Shown piece after piece: positions 57,664 through 64,000 of a stretch of 64,000 nucleotides of DNA (positions are counted from its first letter, which is position 1; every line of letters begins with the position of its first letter). Source of the stretch: Gammaproteobacteria bacterium (GTDB taxonomy: Bacteria > Pseudomonadota > Gammaproteobacteria > Natronospirales > JAJUFS01); assembly GCA_036381175.1 (NCBI GenBank), contig DASVDI010000006.1, positions 47,237 through 111,236 on the forward strand, written 5' to 3'. The position numbers and the translations under genes were made by a program. The notes beneath the pieces are model-generated. The model did not search any database. It worked only from the letters and a program-made list of their open reading frames with translations, and was not told the DNA's origin.

Positions 57664-58080
57664 TTAATCAGAGCCGACCGTGCGAGAGGAAAGCGACCCC
57701 CTTTGAAAAAGGGGGTCGGCTTGCGAAGCAAGCCGGGGGGATTTTCCGTACGCACGCTCCACCTTCGCGACACGCAACTCGAAATGTTCATACCATTCCT
57801 CACGACCACGCTTTCGCGCGGCAGCGTGCTCCGCGTTCGCTCGCCAGTTTTTTATCGACGCCTCATCACGCCAGTAGGAAACCGTAATGCCTAGACCATC
57901 GGCGTTGTGCACGGTTTCAATGCCGAGAAAGCCGGGCATGGTTGCGGCGAGTTCCGTCATGCGATCTGCGGTTTCGTCGTAACCGTCATTGCCATCGCTA
58001 TGGCCCGCCGTGCGTTGCGAAGTAAAAATGACCGCGTAGTAAGGCGGTTCCGGCGTCGCTGCGAAATTGTGATCTGTCAT
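57664..58080 (-). CDS. antibiotic-biosynthesis-monooxygenase (ABM/Dabb) domain protein
   Basis: ~100-aa ferredoxin-like ABM core (YYAVIFTS...GFLGIE...ITVSYWRDEASIKNW). The last ~25 codons read through a double-hairpin repeat element. Confidence 0.7.
   Translation of the reverse strand: MTDHNFAATPEPPYYAVIFTSQRTAGHSDGNDGYDETADRMTELAATMPGFLGIETVHNADGLGITVSYWRDEASIKNWRANAEHAAARKRGREEWYEHFELRVAKVERAYGKSPRLASQADPLFQRGSLSSRTVGSD
57695..57744. repeat. double-hairpin repeat element (family E), copy 1
   Basis: GACCCCCTTTGAAAAAGGGGGTC + GGCTTGCGAAGCAAGCC + GGGGGGATTT. A paralogous copy lies at 61108..61157. Confidence 0.7.
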
Positions 58081-58099
58081 TCTGTTTCCTTTTACATGC

Positions 58100-58129
58100 G
58101 TTGGGGTTCGCTCCGCTCACCCCAACTAC
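58100..58129. repeat. REP, family A single copy
   Basis: GTTGGGGTTCGCTCCGCTCACCCCAACTAC. Confidence 0.75.
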
Positions 58130-58131
58130 GA

Positions 58132-59604
58132 CTACTTTTCGCTCGCTTGCGCCCACAGATGAATCAACCCGTACGCGCGCCACGGCCGCCACGCTTCAGC
58201 GCGCTGTTCAACGGCACGAGCGCTCAACGGTTTTTCGTCGCCCAGCATCTGCCGCAGGATGAGGTCACTCGCCGGCAGTGCATCCGGATCGCGCAATGCG
58301 CGCATCGCGATGTACTGCGCGGTCCATGCACCGATGCCGGGCAACGCCTCCAGTGATTCACAAAGCTCTACGGGCGTTGCGCTGAAATCGACATCACCGC
58401 TGGCGACGGCTTTCGCCAATCCGCGTAATGCTTCCGCGCGCTTGCCGGGCAAGCCGATGCCCGCGAGCGACGAAACATTGGCCGCGGCAATCTTCTCCGG
58501 TGTCGGGAATGTGTGCGTGAGTCCTGTTGCGAGCGGTTCGGAAAGTTCCTGCCCGAATCGCTCGACCAGCCGCGCCGCAAGTGTGCGCGCGGCAGCAACG
58601 CTGACCTGCTGCCCGAGCACGGCCCGCACGGCAAGTTCGAAAGGGTTCCACGCGCCGGGCAAGCGAAGGCCAGGACAACGCCGCACGCGCGGCGCGAGCG
58701 CGCGATCACGGCGCAAGATTTCGGCAATGCTCGCCGGGTCCGCGTCGGCGTCCAGCAAGGCGCGCGCAAGACGAACCACCGTAAACAATTCCGCGGGCGG
58801 AATATTCCGCACGGTCACCTCGGCAGCAGGCACATCCGGCAGCGGCCGGATGCTGACCGTTCCCGCGCCATCCTTCGTAACGTGCACGCGCGAGTACGCG
58901 CCATCGGCAACCAACTCCACGCCGGGAATCGCGCGTTTGCCGAGAAACGTGAGCCAGTGTTCTGCATCAAACGGCGCGCGCAAGGCGATGGTGAGCGCCA
59001 TTTCGGATTTTCGTTCCGGCGTGCGCTGGCGCAATTTTCGAAGCTCTCCCGGGCTGCGGCCCCACGTTTCGCGAACCGTGTGGTTGAAACGGCGCAGGCT
59101 GCCAAAACCGGCGGCGAGCGCGACGTCCGAGAAGCTCAACGCGCTTTCGTCGATCAGCCGTTTCGCGAATTGCAGCCGCCGCGTCTGCGCAACTGTCACC
59201 GGACTCGCACCAAGATGTTCGCGAAACAAGCGCGACAAGTGCCGGCTGGTGACGCCGAGGCGTTCGGCAAGATCGTCAACGGAACCACGATCCAGCGCGC
59301 CTTCGCCGATCAGTCTCAATCCACGTGCGACGGTTGTGGACGTGCCCTGCCAGGCTGGCGTGCCAGGCGCTGCTTCCGGACGACAGCGCAAACAGGGACG
59401 GTATCCCGCTTCGGCAGATGCTGCCGCGGTCGGAAAGTACGTCACGTTCGCTGCCCGGGCGGTCGGCGCGGGACACACCGGCCGGCAATAAATGCCGGTG
59501 GATTTCACCGCAATGAAAAAGCGTCCGTCGAAGCGCAGGTCGCGCGCGTGGCGGGCGCGCTCGCAGATTTCCGGATCGGGCATTTGAACGTTGTGATACT
59601 CCAT
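58132..59604 (-). CDS. Ada-AlkA fusion: Ada Zn-binding methylphosphotriester repair domain, AraC HTH, AlkA N-domain, HhH-GPD 3-methyladenine glycosylase II
   Basis: Start at MEYHNVQ. N-Ada motif FFIAVKSTGIYCRPVCPA...YRPCLRCRP. AraC-type HTH (LAERLGVTSRHLSRLFRE). HhH-GPD region (LPGIGAWTAQYIAMRAL.DPD). The upstream 150 codons of the tracked ORF are not part of the gene. Confidence 0.85.
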   Translation of the reverse strand: MEYHNVQMPDPEICERARHARDLRFDGRFFIAVKSTGIYCRPVCPAPTARAANVTYFPTAAASAEAGYRPCLRCRPEAAPGTPAWQGTSTTVARGLRLIGEGALDRGSVDDLAERLGVTSRHLSRLFREHLGASPVTVAQTRRLQFAKRLIDESALSFSDVALAAGFGSLRRFNHTVRETWGRSPGELRKLRQRTPERKSEMALTIALRAPFDAEHWLTFLGKRAIPGVELVADGAYSRVHVTKDGAGTVSIRPLPDVPAAEVTVRNIPPAELFTVVRLARALLDADADPASIAEILRRDRALAPRVRRCPGLRLPGAWNPFELAVRAVLGQQVSVAAARTLAARLVERFGQELSEPLATGLTHTFPTPEKIAAANVSSLAGIGLPGKRAEALRGLAKAVASGDVDFSATPVELCESLEALPGIGAWTAQYIAMRALRDPDALPASDLILRQMLGDEKPLSARAVEQRAEAWRPWRAYGLIHLWAQASEK

Positions 59605-59710
59605 GACGCAGAAGGATAACGCTGCGTGGAAACAAACACTCGCCGTTTTCGGACCTCTTCGCCGATGGCTGTCTGCTACGCTTGATGCGTACCCGGCTGG
59701 AGGTTTCATC

Positions 59711-60988
59711 ATGCGTCGCATTGTCTGCCTGCTCGTGTTACTGGCGCCGATTTTTCCGGATGCCGCGCTCGCCGCGGAGCTGCTTTCCGACGAACAGCTC
59801 GAGTCGGTAATGGAGTTCCGCCGTTGGGCGCACGAAAATCCCGAGCTTGGCAACCACGAATTCGAAGCTGCCGAGCGCATCGCGACGCACTTGCGTGAGA
59901 TGGACCTTGAAGTGAAAACCGGCATCGCGGTTACCGGCGTCGTGGGCGTACTCGACACCGGCAAGCCCGGTCCTGTCGTCGCCGTGCGCGCGGACATGGA
60001 CGCGCTGCCCGTGACCGAGAAAAGCGGATTGCCGTTCGCGTCGACGAAAACCACCGAATTTGCAGGCCAACAAGTCGGCGTCGCGCACGCCTGCGGTCAC
60101 GACATCCACATGAGCGTCGGGCTTGGCACCGCGCAGGCACTCGTTAATATGAAAGACGAACTGCGCGGCACGGTGATGTTCATCTTCCAGCCCGCCGAGG
60201 AAGGCGTGCCGCCCGGTGAAAAAGGCGGCGCCGAGTTCATGCTTGAAGAAGGCGTGTTCGAGGAACTGAAACCGGATGCAATTTTCGCGCTGCACAGCTT
60301 CCCGGACCTGGAAGTCGGCGAGATCGGTTACTCCGTCGGGCCCGCGTTCGCCGCGACGGATCATTTCGTTCTTACCGTGAACGGCGAACAGACGCATGGC
60401 GCGTACCCGCATCTCGGCAAGGATCCGATTGTCATCGCCGCGGAAATTGTCGGTGCGCTGCAGACCATCGATTCGCGCACCATCAATCCGCGCGATCCGG
60501 TTGTCGTCACCGTCGGCATGATTCACGGTGGCGAACGCTTCAACATCATTCCGGGCAGCGTGGAAATGGAAGGCACGGTGCGCACGTACGACAAGACCGT
60601 GCAGGACAAAACCGTCGAGCGCATCAAGGCGATTGCGAACGGCATCACGCAGGCGCACGGCGGCAGCTACGAGTTGATTTACAACAGGAACACGCCGGCG
60701 GTCATCAATGATCCGGCGTTGTCAGAGTGGGCCGGCGAAACGTTGCGATCGGAACTTGCCGATGTTGAAGTGCAGCAGATGGAGCCGACCATGGGCGGCG
60801 AGGATTTCGCGTATTTCTCGAACGTCGTGCCCGGATTCTATTTTCGTCTCGGCACGCTCAACCCCGAAGAAGGTTCCGGTGGTTTGCATACGCCGACATT
60901 TCGCGCCGATGGTTCGTCAATACCGGTTGGTATCAAGGCGATGACGGCGTTGGTGACAGAGTATCTTGAGAATCCACCGAAGTTGTAG
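59711..60988 (+). CDS. M20D-family amidohydrolase (N-acyl-amino acid amidohydrolase/hippuricase-like), secreted
   Basis: Signal peptide MRRIVCLLVLLAPIFPDAALA. Motifs WAHENPELGNHEF, VRADMDALPV and ACGHD. Confidence 0.85.
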   Translation: MRRIVCLLVLLAPIFPDAALAAELLSDEQLESVMEFRRWAHENPELGNHEFEAAERIATHLREMDLEVKTGIAVTGVVGVLDTGKPGPVVAVRADMDALPVTEKSGLPFASTKTTEFAGQQVGVAHACGHDIHMSVGLGTAQALVNMKDELRGTVMFIFQPAEEGVPPGEKGGAEFMLEEGVFEELKPDAIFALHSFPDLEVGEIGYSVGPAFAATDHFVLTVNGEQTHGAYPHLGKDPIVIAAEIVGALQTIDSRTINPRDPVVVTVGMIHGGERFNIIPGSVEMEGTVRTYDKTVQDKTVERIKAIANGITQAHGGSYELIYNRNTPAVINDPALSEWAGETLRSELADVEVQQMEPTMGGEDFAYFSNVVPGFYFRLGTLNPEEGSGGLHTPTFRADGSSIPVGIKAMTALVTEYLENPPKL

Positions 60989-61057
60989 GTTGGGGTGAGG
61001 TATTCCCGAACCCCAACGCTTTCGATGTTGGGGTTCGCTGCGCTCACCCCAACCTAC
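60986..61057. repeat. REP pair, family A, inverted doublet
   Basis: GTAGGTTGGGGTGAGGTATTCCCGAACCCCAAC ... GTTGGGGTTCGCTGCGCTCACCCCAACCTAC. Confidence 0.8.
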
Positions 61058-61107
61058 GCGCTACGCGCACTGGAGTTGCCGGAAGCATTGCAGTGATGGA
61101 GTACGTT

Positions 61108-61157
61108 GGCCCCCTTTTTCAAAAGGGGGCCGCGGCGCGCAGCGCCGCGGGGGGATT
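61108..61157. repeat. double-hairpin repeat element (family E), copy 2
   Basis: GGCCCCCTTTTTCAAAAGGGGGCC + CCGCGGCGC-GCA-GCGCCGCGG + GGGGATTT. It abuts the stop codon of the convergent gene at 61158. Confidence 0.7.
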
Positions 61158-61664
61158 TCAACACGCCGGCGCTTCCACCGTGCTCTCACTGAACTGCACC
61201 GGCAGATCGGAATCCGGCAACACGATGACGTGATGCGGCTGTGTCACGGACTGCGCAACCGCGCAATTGTCGCCAGGTGTTTCCAGTTCGATTTCCACAA
61301 CGATGAACTCGTTGTTCTCGCGAATATCTTCGACCGTTACCGCGTAACCGTCTGTTGTGCGCTGGCCCATGAACGCGGCAACGACCATGTCGGTGCCGAA
61401 CGTCACTGTCGGCTGCGCCGGTTGCGGTGCGAACCCGGCGGCGTGATCGGCCCAGAATTCACTGAAGGTATTGATGTCCCGGATCACCTGCAAGCGCTTG
61501 CCGGTGATGCCGCTGACATCACCCTTTACGTCCGTGCCGCCTTCATATTGCAAGGTATCGAAATCAGTCGGCTCTTCCGGACCGAGCCCGTCTTCATCCA
61601 GGCGGCAATCGGAAGCGCCGAGACACAGCGCCGCCACCAGCAACAATCCCGCGCGTGCGAACAT
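61158..61664 (-). CDS. lipoprotein, possible PrcB-family (protease complex subunit PrcB C-terminal domain-like)
   Basis: Signal peptide with a Cys (LCLGASDC). The segment GQRTTDGYAVTVEDI...VVEIELETPG...TQPHHVIVLP resembles the PrcB_C pattern. The assignment is from memory of the family and is not verified. Confidence 0.45.
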   Translation of the reverse strand: MFARAGLLLVAALCLGASDCRLDEDGLGPEEPTDFDTLQYEGGTDVKGDVSGITGKRLQVIRDINTFSEFWADHAAGFAPQPAQPTVTFGTDMVVAAFMGQRTTDGYAVTVEDIRENNEFIVVEIELETPGDNCAVAQSVTQPHHVIVLPDSDLPVQFSESTVEAPAC

Positions 61665-61788
61665 CTTTCATTCCTCTTTAGAAAGCCCACATTTACCGAA
61701 GGCAGCGTATTCCGTGAGGGCCGGCGAACGCAATCGGCAGCATTCTGGAAAAAAAACCGCCCTGGCAGGATGAAATGGCTGCGGCAAT

Positions 61789-62259
61789 TCAGTCTTTCGT
61801 TTTTTCTTTCACGGGTTTGTGCGCGCCGCGACCGAAGATCGCGGTGAGGCGGTCTTCGAGATCGTCCATCACCCAGAGGACGAGCAGCGTGACCAGCGAA
61901 AGCGCCAGCGCACCCAGGTAATTCCCGAACCCGATGGTGCCGCCGATCGCCGCCAGCACCCAGACGACGGCAGCGGTCGTGACGCCTGTGATCGTGCCTT
62001 CACGTGAAATGATGACGCCCGCGCCAAGAAAACCCACGCCGGTGATGATCTGCCCGAGCACGCGCGAAGGATCGCTGCCCGGACCGGCGCTCGCGCCGAG
62101 ATGAATGAACACGGCCGTGCTCAGGCAGATGAGAACGCTGACGCGAATGCCGGCCGGTTTGCCGCGCAATTGGCGTTCCAGCCCGACGATGCTGCCACAG
62201 AGCACGGACATCCCGACCATTACCCAGAACGCTGGCGCGAAGGGATCGAAAAATTGCAT
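61789..62259 (-). CDS. MgtC/SapB-family membrane protein
   Basis: Start at MQFFDP. GSIVGLERQLRGKPAGIRV is the MgtC-family signature. Four to five TM segments. Confidence 0.8.
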   Translation of the reverse strand: MQFFDPFAPAFWVMVGMSVLCGSIVGLERQLRGKPAGIRVSVLICLSTAVFIHLGASAGPGSDPSRVLGQIITGVGFLGAGVIISREGTITGVTTAAVVWVLAAIGGTIGFGNYLGALALSLVTLLVLWVMDDLEDRLTAIFGRGAHKPVKEKTKD

Positions 62260-62456
62260 GGCGTGCCCCCGTATGGAAACTGGAGCGGCAAGTCTAGTCC
62301 GGCGATGCGCGCTTGCGGCAGTTTCGGTGCCTGAAAAATTCCTTTTCTGCATGCCGCGTGCCAGTTTCTGCGCCCGGAATACCATTCGTCTGAAATCCCG
62401 TATCCTGCCGGATCGCTGAACTACGCTTTATTTTCGCAGGAGCGGAAGTAAAGGAG

Positions 62457-62774
62457 ATGGGGATGAACATCTATGGAATCAGCTTTCGGCTTGAGGATGG
62501 TGATGTCAACGGCAGGACGCACGATGAGCGCTACGACGCGCTTCAGGCGGCGATTCTCGACGGGACGACAAAGTTCTGGGATCAGACCAGCTCGTTTTTC
62601 GTGATCGAATCACGGCGGTCCATCGATGAAATCGCGTGGAAGTGCAAGCAGGCGATCGAACCTTCGACCGACCTGGTGCTCGTGCGCGAGCTAAGCGGCA
62701 GCCCGACGCGGATTTCCGGAAACAATCGCGATCCGGATCTCTTCAAGCTGATGCCTTACGTGAAATATTGCTGA
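62457..62774 (+). CDS. hypothetical small protein (orphan)
   Basis: 105-aa ORF after an AAGGAG RBS (ATG at 62457 or 62463). More A/T-rich than its neighbours. The predicted beta-alpha-beta-beta-alpha-beta pattern is a by-eye judgement only. I recognise no motif. Confidence 0.45.
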   Translation: MGMNIYGISFRLEDGDVNGRTHDERYDALQAAILDGTTKFWDQTSSFFVIESRRSIDEIAWKCKQAIEPSTDLVLVRELSGSPTRISGNNRDPDLFKLMPYVKYC

Positions 62775-62868
62775 ACGATCGTTTCATTTGATCGTTCGGT
62801 TCTTCCGGCTCCGCCAGTGTCACGGCGGGCAACGCCGGCGCTTTGTGTCCCGATGCCAGCCTCCGCGA

Positions 62869-64000
62869 CTACCCCGTGTTCTGCAAACCCTGCGCGATGC
62901 CGTTGACGGTCGCGATCAGCGCGTTCAGGTGTTCGTCGTCCTTTGAACCGGCTTCGCGCCATTCGCCCAATAGCTCGACCTGCAGAAGACTCATGGGATC
63001 GACGTAGGGATTGCGCAGGCGGATCGCGCGCTCAAGACCGGGATCGTCGGCGAGCAAGGTGTCTGCATTTCTCGCGGCGAGCAGCATTTTTACCGTCAAC
63101 GCGTGCTCGGCGGAAATTTTCGCGCCGATGCCGGACGGATCGTCATGCAGGGCGAAGTAGCGATCCGCGATATCCATGTCGGTTTTCGCAATCACCATTT
63201 CGACATCATCCAGCAGGTTCGCGAAAAACGGCCAGGCGCGCGCCATGTGCTGCACGCTGTCCAGGCCCGCGTGCTCGACCAATGCGTTCAGTCCCGTGCC
63301 CAAGCCGTACCACGCCGGCAATATGCAGCGGTTCTGTGTCCAGGCGAACACCCACGGAATCGCACGGAGATCACCGATTCCTTTCCCCTTCCGGCGCGCC
63401 GCGGGACGCGAGCCGATCTTCATCCGCTCGATGACATCCACCGGCGTCACGGTGCGAAAGAAATCGTAGAAACTTTCGTTTTCGTAAACGAGCTCGCGAA
63501 AACAGCGGCGTGATTCGTTCGAGACGCGCTCCATCGCGGCTGTCCACTCCGGCGCATCTTCATGTGAAGGCGCCGGCGCAAGATCCGCGATCAGCATCGC
63601 GCCCGCCATCTGCTCGAAGGTGCGCATCGCGATGCCGCGCAAACCATATTTCGCGTTGATGATTTCGCCCTGCTCGGTGACGCGCAGCACGCCGTTGACC
63701 GTGCCGGGCGGTGCGGCGAGTACGGCACGATGCACGCGTCCGCCACCACGGCTGACGGTGCCGCCGCGACCGTGGAAAAACGTGAGCGTCACACCAGCGG
63801 TGCGCGCAACGGATACCAATTGCGATTGCGCCTGCTGCAAGGCCCAGCGTGATGCTGCCACGCCACCGTCCTTCGCGCTGTCGCTGTAACCGAGCATCAC
63901 GCGCTGCACGTTGCCGCGCGCGGCGAGGTGTTCGCGATACACGGGATCATCGAAAAGCTTCGTCATCACGGCAGTTGAATTTTCGAGATCGCCGACGGTT
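62869..64000 (-). CDS. ppc: phosphoenolpyruvate carboxylase, C-terminal part (5' end beyond window)
   Basis: VMLGYSDSAKDGG and FHGRGGTVSRGGG motifs. The C-terminus ...GIAQGLQNTG matches the PEPC GL(R/Q)NTG end. The frame stays open to the window edge. Confidence 0.9.
   Translation of the reverse strand, partial: TVGDLENSTAVMTKLFDDPVYREHLAARGNVQRVMLGYSDSAKDGGVAASRWALQQAQSQLVSVARTAGVTLTFFHGRGGTVSRGGGRVHRAVLAAPPGTVNGVLRVTEQGEIINAKYGLRGIAMRTFEQMAGAMLIADLAPAPSHEDAPEWTAAMERVSNESRRCFRELVYENESFYDFFRTVTPVDVIERMKIGSRPAARRKGKGIGDLRAIPWVFAWTQNRCILPAWYGLGTGLNALVEHAGLDSVQHMARAWPFFANLLDDVEMVIAKTDMDIADRYFALHDDPSGIGAKISAEHALTVKMLLAARNADTLLADDPGLERAIRLRNPYVDPMSLLQVELLGEWREAGSKDDEHLNALIATVNGIAQGLQNTG

Overview
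GC-rich chromosomal segment with a gammaproteobacterial backbone. I recognise about 60 protein genes. I found no rRNA, tRNA or CRISPR array by eye. Housekeeping blocks: metX-metB-hom; ubiC-ubiA; gmk-rpoZ-spoT-ridA-recG; yicC / rph-rdgB-hemW; rpmE; gltA; ponA divergent from pilMNOPQ; aroK-aroB; pyrF-hemE; fadD; tesA divergent from ybbA-ybbP; an ada-alkA/ABM/ogt alkylation-repair operon; and the 3' part of ppc, which runs off the window end. Accessory or unusual material sits between these blocks. (1) A GlrK/QseG/GlrR-type sigma-54 two-component module is followed, on the same strand, by a canonical -24/-12 promoter and an island of three signal-peptide EF-hand proteins (2, 10-11 and 4 Ca-binding loops) plus a small outer-membrane beta-barrel. 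This is my top candidate for an undescribed system. (2) A GxxExxY (PD-(D/E)XK) gene is bracketed by perfect 41-bp inverted repeats and wedged between the convergent hemE and fadD. (3) A four-repeat Big_1 (Ig-like) lipoprotein gene is appended to pilQ and ends with its own terminator before aroK. (4) Two tandem PKD-plus-beta-propeller lipoprotein genes share a conserved ~115-nt upstream leader. A third propeller lipoprotein gene is broken by a 1-nt frameshift and sits next to a truncated CysB-like regulator. (5) A perfect DnaA-box palindrome lies in the A/T-rich region upstream of rpmE. (6) At least four GTAG-headed REP families and one double-hairpin element populate the intergenic regions. 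All calls come from reading the ORF translations and the DNA. No database searches were run. Many long antisense ORFs in the track are GC-driven shadows and were ignored.
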